Assembly: GCA_051294375.1 (NCBI GenBank)
Contig: CM119264.1
Coordinates: 13,474,813-13,538,812 of the forward strand
From: Paraspadella gotoi
Taxonomy: Eukaryota; Animalia; Chaetognatha
DNA: 64,000 nt
Direction of reading: 5' to 3'
This document shows positions 1-19,812 of the stretch, in pieces. Every line of letters starts with the position of its first letter. Position 1 is the first letter of the stretch. The notes below the pieces were generated by a model that was not told the origin of the DNA, did not search any database, and saw only the letters and a program-made list of their open reading frames with translations. Both the position numbers and the translations under genes were made by a program.

Positions 1-56
1 ACGCAGAAAACTTTCGCTCATAATTATACGATCGATATTCTCTCTCTCTCTCTCTC

Positions 57-203
57 NNNNNNNNNNNNNNNNNNNNNNNNNNNNNNNNNNNNNNNNNNNN
101 NNNNNNNNNNNNNNNNNNNNNNNNNNNNNNNNNNNNNNNNNNNNNNNNNNNNNNNNNNNNNNNNNNNNNNNNNNNNNNNNNNNNNNNNNNNNNNNNNNNN
201 NNN
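57..203. other. Assembly gap (N run) next to a (CT)n microsatellite
   Basis: Run of n characters directly after a ctct repeat. Confidence 0.99.
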
Positions 204-419
204 TCTCCTTTCCTCCATACCTGTTAATTCACAGTTATTCTAGACTTCTAGTAATTATTCTCCATACGTATACTCGGAAATCATTTAAATTGCGTTGCAC
301 GAAGCCCATGAGCGTTCATGTTGTTATTCTAGGAGTAAGCGTCTTATGATTAATTATTCTCTGATATCGTAATTGACGTTGTCGTATTTATGACATTTAT
401 ACAAACCGATTTTATTCAA

Positions 420-700
420 TTCACCCTTCCCTCACTTCACTTACCGTGGTCTTCCAACTTCAACTTCACCCTTCCCTCACTTCACTTACCGTGTCTTCAC
501 TTCACTTCACCCTTCCCTCACTTCACTTATCCGTGTCTTCACTTCACTTCACCCTTCCCTCACTTCACTTACCGTGTCGTCACTTCACTTCCCCCTTCCC
601 TCACTTCACTTACCGCTGTCGTCACTTTCACTTCCACCCTGTCCCTCATTCACTTACGTGTCTTCACTTCACTTCACCCTTCCCTCACTTCACTCTCCCT
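420..700. repeat. Pyrimidine-rich minisatellite, ~41-nt unit, ~7 copies
   Basis: Recurring unit cacttcacttcacccttccctcacttcacttaccgtgtctt; explains the ORFs at 390..785 and 446..769. Confidence 0.9.
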
Positions 701-1194
701 TCCTTCGTTCGAAAATCTCATGTGGCTAAATTTAAAACGAAACGTGACAAGCGACAATTTAATTCCTAATTTATCAACTTTTTAAAAAAAAAATCAAAGA
801 AAAAAAAGCTGTGGTGAGGCGCGAGAAGGCGGAGTCGCCGGGACGTGTATGAGTCTCTACGATGGATGGAGGAGGGAGTCCGTCTATAAGTCAGTCAGAG
901 ACGGGTTTCGGGGAGATGAACGAGGCACGGACGGACAGACGGATTGACGTAGGGATGAACCGAGACCCGGGTTTCGGGGTGAAAAACGAGCCACGGATTT
1001 TCGATGAGATCCGCTAAAATATATCTCTCCGCTTGTGTGTTTTTTTTTTTTTTTTATAGTTCGTAGTTTCGTTGACAAATATTAAATGGAAAAAGAATCG
1101 AATAGAGTAACGCTGAAGGCTGACACGGACCTCCATTGAAAGGAGGTGGACACACAGAGAGACGGACTCAATTTGTTTTAAAAGACGCTTTTTT

Positions 1195-1240
1195 AAGGCC
1201 GGGCGTGGGACTCGAACCTGGGACGCCCGAAGTCAAAGCC
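1195..1240 (-). mobile_element. tRNA-derived SINE head fragment
   Basis: gggactcgaacc reads ggttcgagtccc (pol III B-box) on the minus strand; no full cloverleaf. Confidence 0.4.
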
Positions 1241-2152
1241 GTTGTCGTCCTCATCCGTGGACAGTTCAGCGAGGACTGCGATGCGACACAGTCCCGTTTC
1301 CCCTCTTTCTCACTCTCGGTTTCCAAATTCTCACCCCCTCCAGGTTTGCCCCTAAACCCACAATTTTTTTTGCTACTCCAACTACATCGCCCCATTCCCC
1401 TCATCGCTCCACTTTCCAGCTCCCCCCACGCTTCCCTCGCCCCCCCTTCCCAGCCCCATCCCCCTAAAATCCCCCCGCGTCGGCCGAGATCGTCCCCCAT
1501 AAATTCCCCCGTCTCAACGCCGGCGGGAGTCCATAAGTCAACTCGCTATGCCCCGGCCCCCAGGGGTGAAGAAAAGATCCCGGGGGGAGAAGACGCGGTG
1601 TCCTGAGGGTTGAGGGAAGACCCGGGACCGCGTGCGGGAGAAGCAAAAAGGGAATAAAGGAAAGAACTTATGAGTAGGAAATTCGTCTTGAGCAAAATAG
1701 AATATATAAATTTTTTTTTTTTATTACGTCTCCGGATTTATGCTGTTTTGGTCAATTTCATCGAAAAGATAAAATAATATAATATTTCGTTGGTAGTTTC
1801 GGTTTTGGGCATTTAAAATAATTAAACATTTGTTTGCTTAACATTCACTTTTATATGTCACTGATGCTCGTCTTTTAGACGCGTTTATCCTTTATGTTTC
1901 ACAATTTTTTTGCCATGCTAATTTTTTTGTCCGCTTCAAATTTATTTCTCCCTTCGATTTTATATGCGCGGCGAGACCTTTCGATGATTTTAATTTTATG
2001 AGAACGAACCCGATATGAATGGATTTAATTTCAATTCTTTTTTATTAAATTTTTTTTTATTAATGTTTATAATTTCGGGATTGGCGCTGTGGGTTTTTCA
2101 ATTTGTCTTTTTTTATCAATTTCTATCTAAAACTAAAAGCTGAGGCAGTGGA

Positions 2153-2211
<59 letters not shown>

Positions 2212-2649
2212 TGAGATGTTTATAACTCGAGAGATAAGTTATCTCACCACCCGCGGTGATTGAAACAACATCCATTTGAGTTAATCGGGATTTGTTAGAA
2301 TGGATTTTGTTTTGTTGTCGTCAGCGAACGAGGCGAGGTATCGGACACGGGGGCGTCTCCCGTTTAACGAGAACGGAACGAACCCAATCACCTTCATGGG
2401 CAACTTGAAAGAGTTAAAGGCTTAAAGCGAGTTAAAGCGAAACTGTCGTTTCGGGTCTAATCGCACGAGGTTGCGAAGGTCCACTACTTTTTTAAAAAAA
2501 CCGACAATACAATTTCTCGGTTTTCAATTTCTTGCAGGCGTGTGCCTTCAATGAAGGCTTCGTGTCTTTTTTCTTTCTTGAGTCAGATCAGCCTACAAAT
2601 CCGAAAAGCTGTCGCACTTTGAGATATACCGTCGCTCAAAAAGGCTTTC

Positions 2650-3100
2650 CCTTGGGGCGATAGAGGTACTAGTCTACCCGGGGGGAAAAGATTTTTAAAC
2701 ATATAGGGGTGCTTTTAATACAACATATCTAGGGGTAACCCTAAGGGGCTACATCTTAGTGAATATATTCTTTACCTTGACCTTTACTCGCGCTCCCAAT
2801 ACTAATTCTTTTTGGAAACAATAATAGTAACCCCAGACGGTAAAAAAAAGGTTTTCCCCCTGAAAAAAAGAAAAGAGAAAACAGGTAGAGTACTTTTAAA
2901 CAAAAAAAGGCAGGCTTTTAAAATATATTCTTTACTAAACCCCAAGGGGTAAATATTTTTTCATACTTAAGGGTGACCCCTGGGGAAGGCAATTTTTTGC
3001 ACGCTAAGGGGATCTGCTAGGGGGCTGCCCCTAAAATCTAAAAAGATTATCCCCCCTAGGCCTATCCCTAGGTATGACCCCCCCGGTGTCGCCCCTAGCT
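2650..3100. mobile_element. Possible degenerate MITE-like element
   Basis: Island of taggg/cccta motifs with loosely inverted ends (ggggcga...cccgggggg at left, ccccccggtgtcgcccct at right). Confidence 0.3.
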
Positions 3101-3180
3101 ACCCGCCAGGAGGAAGGCTTTTATTCTGACGGTATACTTGCGCACTTTTGTCTCACTCAATTCCCCCGATTCTCCGCTAG

Positions 3181-3382
3181 GGCCGTCGGATCTCCTCTCG
3201 TTCTCGACCCGAATCGGATTTGCCGGAAAGCCAGACGAGTTTCCGGAAAACAACGAGAGATTTGCCGGAAGGAGCCGGACATAGTTGCGGTGAGGATGGG
3301 AAGGGAGAGGCGGAGGCGTGGGATAGAAGAGGAGTTGAGAAGAAAGAAAGAAAGAAATATAAATAAATAAATAACTAAAAAA

Positions 3383-3476
<94 letters not shown>

Positions 3477-4413
3477 AATATAAATAAATAAATAACTAAA
3501 AAATAAATAAATAGATAAATAAAGAAAGAAAGAAAGACAGAGAGCAATTTTGTAATTTTGCTTTCCACAGGAAGTGGTGAAGGGAGCGAGGCTGGGGACA
3601 CACGAATGCCAATTTCAATTCCACAATCGCCGATGGAACTGTTCCACCAAGGGCAACACGTTTGGCAAGGTATTGCAACAAGGTAGGAATCCAAACGTTT
3701 GCTTAAATTATTGATGCGGATTGTTGATTCAATAAAAATTGTTTTTACTCACTATCAGATCGATAATTCCTTCACAGTTATGTCATTTTCTTTAAATAAA
3801 CATATAAATTACTGGGAATTAGAATAATAGTGTAAATCGCATAATCATGATAATGAATTTAATGATAGCCCCGTACATCAATCATTTTTATTTTTCCGAG
3901 CCATTACTGAGGCGTGCCGAATTGTTATTTCAAAAATTTTTGAAGCGAAAAGATATTTGATAAATGCTATTTGATTTTATTTAATAAAAGAAGTTTAGTA
4001 TCGAAAATATCGTCGTCGTTCTTGATTACCGCGCCGACGGCGTAAGCGTCTCAGCGTTAAAATTTATATTTTCTTTCATTTCTCTATTTTATTCGTTTTT
4101 TTTTCCATTTTCATAAATAAACTTAATTGATAAGCTTTTTCTTCTTCTGCGGCATTTCCCCTCGGTCATAACTGAAGCCGACTGTGCATTTTTTCACGGC
4201 GCATTCCTCTCCACTGTGCGTTTTTCCCTTGGCTCGAGTGCCCTCTATCTCTGCGATGAAATTGAAGGCTTTTGCTTTCCCAAGGCTTAAAACTCGAGGC
4301 CGCTCCGCCGTCGCCGCTTCGGCCGCCGCCACAGCCGCCATCTCTAGTGACAGAGACCGCCTTGTTCCATCGCTAATCCTCCGCCGATTTATTAACTGTT
4401 CCTCAACATTTTT

Positions 4414-4461
<48 letters not shown>

Positions 4462-4577
4462 TTTCTCGCATTATTTATCTCTTCTCGTTAAATCTGAACG
4501 CCTCATTCAACACATTTAAACGAAAGAAGGATCTCGATGCGCCTAAGACATAATCAGTAAGCAGCGAAATTGTTTTT

Positions 4578-4618
<41 letters not shown>

Positions 4619-6869
4619 TTAATGATTGATCTCATGCGTCGACGGAAATCAATGAAAACCTTTGGCTTTTCTCGTTGTTTTCGTCCTCCTTTCCCCAGCT
4701 CCTTCTCCTCCTCCTCCTCTTCCTCCCCATCGCTTATTACCGTCTTGGGACCTCACCTTCGTCCCGCCGGATTTCGGGTGAGGATCTAGGATCGACTCGC
4801 CTTTTCGAGATGTCGGCCGGCGTCGGCGCCGACCCGCAGTCCCGCCGATCGCCCGCGGCCGTTTGACGGTTGTTGTTGTTGTCGTCGTTGTCGTTACCGC
4901 GACTGTTAAGTTACGTTGTTTTTTTGTTTTTTTTACATAAATTATACGGCATGACGTCGAAACTGAAACGAAGCCTCTTGAACCAAACGCTTCGATATAA
5001 AACGCTCAGTTTGCTCACAGTCGTCGCTGTTTGTAGACTTAGTCGTCGTCGTCGTCGTCGTCTTTTGGAAAGATATCGTTGGGTGATGAGTTACAGGTTT
5101 TCGAAGAATGTAAACGCTCGGGCGCAAAAGGGAATTGGCGAGAAGAGAGAAAGAAGGTTCGAAAATTTTTTTTTTCTTTTCTTCGGGCGACGGAAATTTT
5201 TTTTTATTTCTGTAGAAATATTATTATTCTATGTTAATTGAGCGTTGACGGTCGAAGGCGAGTCAGCTTCTTTTCCATTTTAATTTTGAGTTTCTCTTTT
5301 TCTCTCTGTGAATTGGAAACCACTTATTTTAAGTGACGAACAGATATATTTTTTCATAGTTTTTTTTTCATACTTTTTAAAACTGAGTCTGAGTCAATCA
5401 TTGAAGGATGAATTGAATACTAATTAAATAAAAAGGTTTTTAGTTTGACAAGAAATTTGAATTATCCTTTTCAGACATCCGTGAGACAGCCTTTGTGAAC
5501 GCAGTGACGTCAGCCGGTGTCGTCTACGCCGTCACAGGCGCCTGCACATCTGGTCGCCTCTTGCAGGTCAGCTCCACTTCCTCTTCTATAATGTTTACCA
5601 TCAAATCGGATAAAAAATTAAACTAAGTTTACTAAACATGCATATAAATTTAAAAAAAAAATAAATTTGAAGTTTTTATTTGATGAAAACAATTTCGAAT
5701 TTTAAATGGATGAAAAATCCATTTATATTTCAGCTTAAAATCAGAAGTACATTAGTTTTTAGGTTCAACTATAAAGATTATGTTACTATTTAGGATTAAG
5801 AATTAGGTTAAGGATTCCGATTAAGGATTAAGTTAGGGATTAGGTTTGGGGATTGGGTTAACGATTAGGGTTAGATATTAGGGTTAAATGAGGCAGTTTA
5901 ATCTTGGGTATTTTTTTTTCATATAAAAATTTTTCTCGAGAGTTTGGCTTCTTTGAAAAAAAGCCTTCAACCAAATGAAACCTCATTAAACAACAGTGCA
6001 CGTGCGACCACTCTAAGAAGGACGTTCACACCGACGAGAGGTGGGAGTGGGGCGGCTGCGGCGACAACGTGGACTTCGGCTACAAGAAGTCGGCCGAGTT
6101 CATGGACGCTCGACCCAAGAAGAAGAAAAACCACAGGAGGAGCGACATCAGGACGCTGCTGCAGCTGCACAATAACGAGGCCGGGAGGCTGGTAAGGCTG
6201 CTGCGTGGTGAAAGGGAGTCGGAGTTGTCGGGAAGGGAAGCTGGGAAGTCAAGTGGCAGCCGGACTGTGTCCGACGTCCATCGTGACGCAATGAAGTTTA
6301 ACCTTTCTGTCTTTCCTGACATCATTAAGGCCGTTCACAACAACATGAGAAAAGAGTGCAAATGTCACGGGCTCAGCGGATCCTGCACCCTGAAGACTTG
6401 TTGGCGGAAGATGCCCTACTTTCGACACGTGGGCGACTCCCTCAAATCCCGTTTCGACGGAGCCGTCAAGGTGAATGGCGAGGGATATATTGATGTTGGG
6501 AATTCCTTACGCCCCCTCTCACCACCCAATCCCCCTCCATCCCCGCAGGTGACCGGCTCCAACGACGGGGAATCCCTCATCCCCGCCCGCGCCAACATCA
6601 AACGCCCCACGCCCGAAGATCTTCTCTACACCGAGGAATCGCCCGACTTTTGCGAGCGCGCAAAGAAACTCGGCGCCCTCGGCACTCACGGCCGCTTCTG
6701 TAACGAGACGTCGCCCGGCGTCGGCGGCTGCGACCTGCTCTGTTGCGGACGAGGAAGTCGGCGGATGTCCGTCACCCTGACGGAGAACTGCAAGTGTCGC
6801 TTCCACTGGTGCTGCGAAGTCAAATGCGAAAAGTGCGTCAAGAAGGTCACCCTGCACAAGTGTTTGTGA
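3181..6869 (+). CDS. Wnt6: Wnt6 ligand (signal-peptide exon 1 not located)
   Basis: Phase-consistent GT-AG exons: 3181-3289, 3571-3682, 5475-5566, 5997-6191, 6330-6470, 6549-6869. Translation (W)[19 protein letters not shown]...[14 protein letters not shown]...[11 protein letters not shown]...[13 protein letters not shown]...[19 protein letters not shown]...[10 protein letters not shown]...[18 protein letters not shown]...KCL*. All 24 Wnt Cys are present; [17 protein letters not shown] and [16 protein letters not shown] match vertebrate WNT6 as recalled. Confidence 0.96.
3355..3540. repeat. Compound (AAAT)n/(AAAG)n microsatellite in a Wnt6 intron
   Basis: Read directly from the sequence. Confidence 0.95.
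5755..5890 (+). repeat. Degenerate TTAGGG-like repeat tract (intronic)
   Basis: ttaggattaag...ttagggattaggtttggggattgggtta...ttagggtta. Confidence 0.65.
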
Positions 6870-8814
6870 CGCTTTTTTTTTCGTGAGAGAGAAAAAGGAA
6901 CATCGGATGAAAGGGTTTTTTCTAAAAAAAAAAAAAATAAAAACAAAAACATGAACAAAAAACATTCTTAAGAGGATGGAAATGACGACGAATAAAATGA
7001 CGCAGAATCAACGACGCCACTGAACCGTTTGAGATTTAAATATCGGCGCCACTGAACCCATGTCCCTCTTTCGAACTTCCCTTCGCAATCGACGTCTTCA
7101 AAATATCTCAATCGCTTGCATTCATCGTGAATCTTCATCGCCAACTTCCCGAATTCCATCCTACAACTGCCATCGCCCTTTTCTCAAAATCACTTTTCTT
7201 TTTTTTCTTTTTTTTCAGCTTTCTCAACTTTTATAAATCTCTTTCCCTGTTTTTTTCGCCAAATTCAATTTGTTTCTACCCAAATCGGTGATCGACCTGC
7301 ATCTGCATTCAAGCGGCATCTGGACTGTTTTCAGCGGACGCTTCTCCCCCTCCCTTCACGGCCTTCGACGGCAAAAAAGATGACGGCGGACACGCCCCCC
7401 TACATGTCCCTTATTTGTGGTGCTAGTCTCAAAACCCGCCCCCGACGTCGACTGCTCATCGTATTTCCGCCTCTTTTCACTCACTTTTACCCCCAAACTT
7501 CCAAAGCGCCTCTTTGGCGCCTTTCTACATCGACCTGCCTTTGCGGCCTTAAAGTTAAAGCGTCTTCGGCGCCACATTTTGGTCGCCAAATAGTAAACTC
7601 ATTCTAGCGTTTCAGAACGAGCACTTTCGTTTTTGTGTTGCCTTTTATAATTATTATTGAAAATAAACAGAAGAGAATCCTGCCTCAGTACTTCCCCTCC
7701 CCCCCCCTAAAAGAATTCCCTCTGATTACAAAACCGAAAAAGAAAATTCCTTTCCTCGCAATTGGCTGGAACAGGCAGGGCGAAAAAAAAAAAAAAACAA
7801 CAAATACATGAAGGCCACGAAAACGAACCAACCTATCAAGACAACTTTAGTAAACAAACTAAAACTATCGAACCCGGAAAACAACTTGATTTGTGCCTCA
7901 TTTCATTTTGTCATTATTTTTCGATGCTCCATATAAAAAGTTCTATACATATTCTTACCATGTACAGAGTTATGAGTCAAATTTTTATTTTGGTTTGTCG
8001 ATAACAAATGTTTTTATTTACTTACAACCGCAATTCTATTTTGTTTGCTTAGATATATAAAAAACGGCTGGTTTTGCTCATTTTCTTTATTTTTTTATTT
8101 AGTAAAGTTTCAGACGTCGTTCGGTTGTTACATCAAGAGATAAATGATTAAGAAACAAAAGGTACAAATCGAAAACAGTGTACAAAAAAAAAAAAAAAAA
8201 AAATCAAAGTTCTTCCAGTAACTTCTTTCTTGAAGCAAATAATAATCAGCAAAGACGGTATCTATTCGAAACATTTCCAGAAGTATCTTGTCATAAATGC
8301 ACGTTTATTTTTTGGTTTATATCTAAATAACAAATTATACATAACAAAATATCATCACAAAAAGAGAAAATACTCCGCCAATCAACGATCGTAGTTATCT
8401 CTCTTTACAGGCTTCACTGTTTTTAGTTACAATCAATTATGCCTTTGTCAGTTAGAGGACTCAAGTTTTGGTTTCCTCAGTCTCCTAATCTAATTTTTTT
8501 GTTTTACACCTCCTTAAAATAATGTAATTTGAAAAAAAGACATAACTAAACAAAATAACAGAAAACACAAATTAAAAGTGTTTTTATATGATGCTCAAAA
8601 ACAAATTTGGGGGATCTTGGGAGCCGGGAAATTAGTAACATGAAGCATGAAGCATGAAGCATGAAGTAATCGACGAGGGGGAGGAAGGATTAAGACCAAA
8701 GTTCCTCGTTTTCAAGATCCCAAACCTTTTTTCAGATTTAATTTTGATCGGTGCCATTTCCGTTTTTCTTGGTTGTTGTTTTTTTTTTTGTGTGTGTGGA
8801 GTTCACGAGTCTTA

Positions 8815-11807
<2,993 letters not shown>

Positions 11808-12485
11808 TGAACACTGAACAGTGAACAGAAAGGATATTTCCTCGTTATTTTTCATTCTCTTTTCTCTTTCTGCTTTTTTTCTTCTCCTTTTATGTTCACA
11901 CTCTCTCGCTCCCTCTTTCCTTTCTCTTCCTTTTCTCACCCTTTCTTCCCCTGGAGATAAAAGTTTGACAGGCGTCCCGCGTGGATCGGGACATAGGAGG
12001 CGTGCAGAGGAGGTTAAGAGGCGGGCAGCGGAGGCGGGCAATCCTTTCATTAACGCAAATTTAGTTCCCCAGTTTCTTCATTATCCCCCAGGGGGTGGGC
12101 ATTTACTTTTTTTGACGGCGTCAGCTGCGGCGATTTTTTTTCAAAGTTTGCCTCAAACTTATCACGCACCGAAACTCATAAATTTTAGTTAGCTTGATTT
12201 GAGTTATTTTAGATTTCATATAAAATTTAATAATATCGTCTTTATTAAGTACTTTACGTTAAACTAAAGTCAAATGTTCGGAAGTTATAAATAACCATTA
12301 CTTTAAAGTTTTTCGAAGCCGTTTGCAGAAGCCAGAAAGTATAGAATATTCTCGGAATTTTATTCTAACGAGTCAAATTTAAAGTCTTTAAAATTTGGAA
12401 ACATGAAAAATGAATCAGAAAATTTAGCATAGGAAAGTATATAAATTACAAAATATTAATTTAGAAATAGAACATAATAAATTCA

Positions 12486-12536
12486 TTTTGTGCATAATGA
12501 CATATGGTCACGCCAACACGGCCAATTTTATGGCCA

Positions 12537-12582
<46 letters not shown>

Positions 12583-12680
12583 ATATATCTCTCTCTCTCT
12601 CTCTCTCATCTACATCATCTCTTCCTCATCTCTCTCTCTCTCTCTCGTTCTCCTCTTCTCTTCTCTCTCTCTCTCTCGCC
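12486..12680 (+). repeat. Short dispersed element (~60 nt) with (TA)n/(CT)n tail, copy 1
   Basis: Differs at only one position from the reverse complement of 29941-30007. Confidence 0.85.
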
Positions 12681-13677
12681 TGAGTTTAAAGCTTCCTTTT
12701 TATCTAGAGGGCCAAGTGCAATAAATCAGTAAAATCCGGGTAAAAAAGCCTTAACTCTGCTAATGGTTAAGAGACAGTGACCCGTGGCTGCACTCAAGAG
12801 TATGGAGGAGTAAGTTCAAACAAGAGAAAGGAGCCCCAAGGAAACAAGTGGGTCAAACGCCTTTCCTTACCCAAAATGGCCGTCGCAGTCCGACGCCCTC
12901 AAAAGGAGAAACAAGAGCGAGAGCGCCGCAGAGATCAAAGGGAAAGATGGAATTCCACGGCGTCGAGCGGCGCCGAATGTCATCGCCGGATGGAAAAACG
13001 GCGGCGGAGGGTCATCCCGGGGTCGGGTGGAGTCGCAGGGCGGAGAGGGCAAAGATGGAAAGAAATGGAAGAAGGGGAAGAGAAAGGTTGGATCGGGAGG
13101 AAAGGAAAAGAGAAAACGATGAAGTCGGGAGAAGAAGAGAGAGCGAAATATTTCCAGGGTCGTCGAATGATTTCCTTTCAAAACTGAAATCCACGGTGAC
13201 TTTATGTCTTTCTTGGTGACGATGTTCCGAACTGCGTGTCGCTTTTGTTCAAGAAAGTTTCTATCGTCGTCGCTCGCATTTTTGTCTTTGGCCTTGGCGT
13301 TGGTTAGGACCTTGGAGCTGCCGTTGGCGTCTGAGTTTTTAATAATATCGTAGATAATCCTCGAGTTTAATTGCTAATAGAAAACTATAATTTTGTTTTC
13401 CCTTTGCAGTAAATTTTTGTTTTTCAAATCGATGCGTGCGTAGCCTAAAACTTTTGGCGCGGGATGCACTCACTGAATTTAAACAACGACGCTGAATTAA
13501 TCCAAAAAGCCGAATTGTTATTGATAATTTTTTTTTCATCTGAAGTTCTCACACGTAGAGCCGAACCAAATTTGAGGTTGACTCCTTTTTTCAAAACAAA
13601 ATGTTAAGAAGGGGAAATACGGACGTTGAAAGTCTCTCACTCTCGTCGGAACGAGAAAGAGGATGAGAGAGAGAGAG

Positions 13678-13721
<44 letters not shown>

Positions 13722-14066
13722 AAGACTCCCAGCAGGTCGCCACGCCGGTCGATGACGCCACGAGCAAAAAGGGGCTTACGCAAGAGTCGCTTGAAAGGAT
13801 GCCGCGGAAGATGCTTCTTCTTCACTATTCAATGCCGAAGCGAAAGAAAAGAAAAAAGAAAAAAAGAAAATTTGAGTCGACTTAAATTTCTACTTATATT
13901 TTTCTCTCCCCTTCGATGACATCAACGCGAAGTCAGATTAACGAGGACGAGAAATTCGATGCGGAGATTCGGTGACGGATGACGCTTCACTCGCGCCGCG
14001 ATCTTTGATGGACGAGGGGATGGGGAGCTTTTCCTTGGGAGACGTGAGTACGAGGATGGGGCCTGG

Positions 14067-14112
<46 letters not shown>

Positions 14113-14876
14113 AAGGAAAAATCGGCGAAGATAAAAGTTTCTTTCTTTCTTTCTTTCTTTCATTCTTTTTTCTTCTTTTCTCTTTATTTTTTTATTTTTT
14201 TATTTTTTCTTTCTTTCTGTTTCGGTTGACGAATGCGAAAATTTTCTTATCGGCAAAAACAGAAGAAGCAAAGAAAAATCGTATTTGATGAATGGAGGAC
14301 GTCGTTAGCGAGTTGTAGATGTTGTTGTTATTGTTGTGGTCGTCGTTTTCGTCGTCTTGTGAAGTCCTCTTCGTGAGTTCGTTATCACAGAATCGGGGAA
14401 AAAAAACAACTTCCGTAGAAACTGATTTCGATTAAGTCCAAAGATGTTTTGTGATTATTAAAAAAACTAGAAAAAAACAACTTTGAATTGATAAATATTA
14501 ATGGGAATAGATGACCAATTACTTAATTACATATGAACAACTTTTGTCGTGGTTTTATATTATAGCAGCTGTTTTAAAAGTTTAAACACGTGCCAAAATA
14601 TTCTTTATGCATTGTAAAGGAAACTTTAAAATTTTTTACATTATCCTTTTGTTGTTAATCATAAAACGAAGACTTAATGCATTTTTATAGTAAAGGCAGA
14701 CAAAACGTATGACGTAAGAAGAATAGGAATGATTGTGAAATCAACCTTCAGGTTGCATTGCTGTTTCTCTGTTTATTTCGGCGGAAAGTATTGGCTCTCG
14801 TCGAGATGCAAAGTTCAAAGAAGTGAAAAATACAAACTGGTTTTTTTTTTTATAATTAATTTGCCAAAATTCTAAG

Positions 14877-14989
<113 letters not shown>

Positions 14990-15598
14990 ACTGCTTTTTC
15001 TTTTTCTAGATCCTACGGCGCCGCCCAGTCCTGCAGCGCGGCCATGTTGGCCCCCCGAGACGTCACGCGGGGCCGAATTGTGACGCCAGGTGAGTCATCG
15101 TTCGGCGACATTCGATTTTAAATTCGGAATTGTTGACCTTAATTGCTGACGTCATTTCTTGAAGAATTTTTCGTTTCTTGGAAATTTGGATGGAGCAGGA
15201 AACAAAAAAATTCGTCAATATTTTCAAAAAGGAAATCAAATCCCATCGAATTGGTTATTGTACTTTTATCAGAATTTGACGAAGTGTTGTTGATATTCTC
15301 TGTAATACGTATAAGTAGAAACCATTTTGTAAAAGGTTTCAGTGGTGATTAATGCAACTCGATCAACTAATCTTTTTATCACTATAGTAATCTTCAAAAA
15401 ATAAATAAGAAAATAATAAATAAAAACTCATCTAACTGAACATAAAAAAATTTATAAGTGAAAGAAAGAAAAAAAAGAAAGAAAGAAAGAAAGATCATAT
15501 CATCAAGAGAAAGAAAGAGACAGCTCGTTTCTCAATTTTAATATCAGTTTCCTCTTTTTCTTCAATTATAATTTTTTCCCTGTCACCCTGAATCATTT

Positions 15599-15633
<35 letters not shown>

Positions 15634-16044
15634 CTTTTTTTATACTTTGATGACTTTAAATTTTTTTTCTTTTTCTTTTTCTTTTTGTTGTTTTGCTGTT
15701 GTGCTGTTTGGCTGGATCATGAAAGGATGGCAAATGCGGTTGATATTTAAAATGAGATGGATAATATCCATCCATCCATCCAATCAAGGAAGTAGGTTTT
15801 CTTGGTTGTACCATTTTCATAACTGAGCTTTTGTAAATGCATGACAAAAATCTAAAAAAAAATTCTACTTCTAACCTCGAATCACTGAGAAATTACATTT
15901 TTATTAAAAAATCTATAGTAACTTCATTTAATGCTTCAGAATTTAATTTAGGAATACAGAGGACAATCGAGTCAGTCAACGAAACTTTTTTTAAAAATAA
16001 TTTGTGAGATTGTGGCGAATCCTAATTTCGCCTCCTGTATAGTT

Positions 16045-16235
16045 TGGTGAAACTAAGCTCATCCCATTGGCTTGGACACCTAAGTACTTGCTTCCCAACC
16101 GTCAGTTCTGGGCTCTACCTCCTCACGGTCACGCCGGTGACTTGGGGCGGTCACCGCAGGTCCAAACCCCTGAGAGCCAACTGTAAGGAGATGCGTCAGA
16201 GCCCACGTATCGCATGTCTCCTCATTGCCATAACA
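16045..16235 (+). mobile_element. SINE family A copy
   Basis: Shares the core cacgccggtgacttggggcggtcaccgcaggtccaaacccctgag...ggagatgc...cctcattgccata with 35640-35830 (-) and 40490-40705 (+). Confidence 0.7.
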
Positions 16236-16637
16236 TGTCATCTAAATATTGATCTTTAAAATAAGGTTTTGTTTATAAATCAGGAATGCTTCAATACCTT
16301 TTATGCCGAGACCGTTTATTCGTAAAGAATTTAAACGCAAAGTTAAAAATCAAATTACAGGGTTATGTCAAGGTTATATACAAATAAACTGTTAATTAAT
16401 GGCAGCGTAGAAAACAATTTCAATTAATGATGTTCCTTAACCACAGGGGAAATTATTGAGTTAGCTTTGACATAAGGATTGCCGCATAAGGATAATGTAC
16501 AAGTATTCTCTCTCTCATCTTTGATATTCTGTTTCGCTGATGAAAATTACTCCGAAACATTTTCGTTAAATCTAAATTTTTTTTTTGAAAAATAAAACCA
16601 TTTCCTTTATTTTCTTTTACTCGTCTCTAGAGATAAT

Positions 16638-19730
<3,093 letters not shown>

Positions 19731-19803
19731 CCTTGCGATTGAATCTGTGAAAAACAAAAAGAGAGCGCGACCGAGAGTTGACGGAGCAACGCCGATGGGT
19801 CCC

Positions 19804-19812
19804 TTTTTATAC
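19804..19812 (-). promoter_or_regulatory. Candidate TATA box of the Cys-rich gene
   Basis: Minus strand gtgTATAAAAAggg in a GC-rich context, ~75-80 nt upstream of the ATG at 19730. Confidence 0.55.

Noticed and set aside
780-820. ctg tg|gtgagg as the Wnt6 exon-1 donor
   Set aside because: Correct phase, but the upstream codons are poly-Lys with no signal peptide
1136-1606. 156-aa Pro-rich ORF
   Set aside because: Non-ATG start, overlaps a SINE-like head and C-rich low-complexity DNA, and has no recognisable domain
2015-2092. Candidate Wnt6 signal-peptide exon MNGFNFNSFLLNFFLLMFIISGLALW
   Set aside because: Its weak donor is phase 0, but exon 3181 needs phase 2; hydrophobicity is expected from T-rich DNA
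14001-14010. TCF/LEF site CTTTGAT suggesting Wnt autoregulation
   Set aside because: A 7-mer expected by chance several times in 64 kb; no conservation data
12777-14229. Clusters of short Arg/Glu-rich ORFs upstream of the Wnt9-like gene
   Set aside because: Driven by purine-rich and (GA)n sequence; no consistent exon chain found
16530-16565. CTGATGA...GAAA hammerhead-like words (also at 29732)
   Set aside because: No stable helix II or cleavage-site geometry
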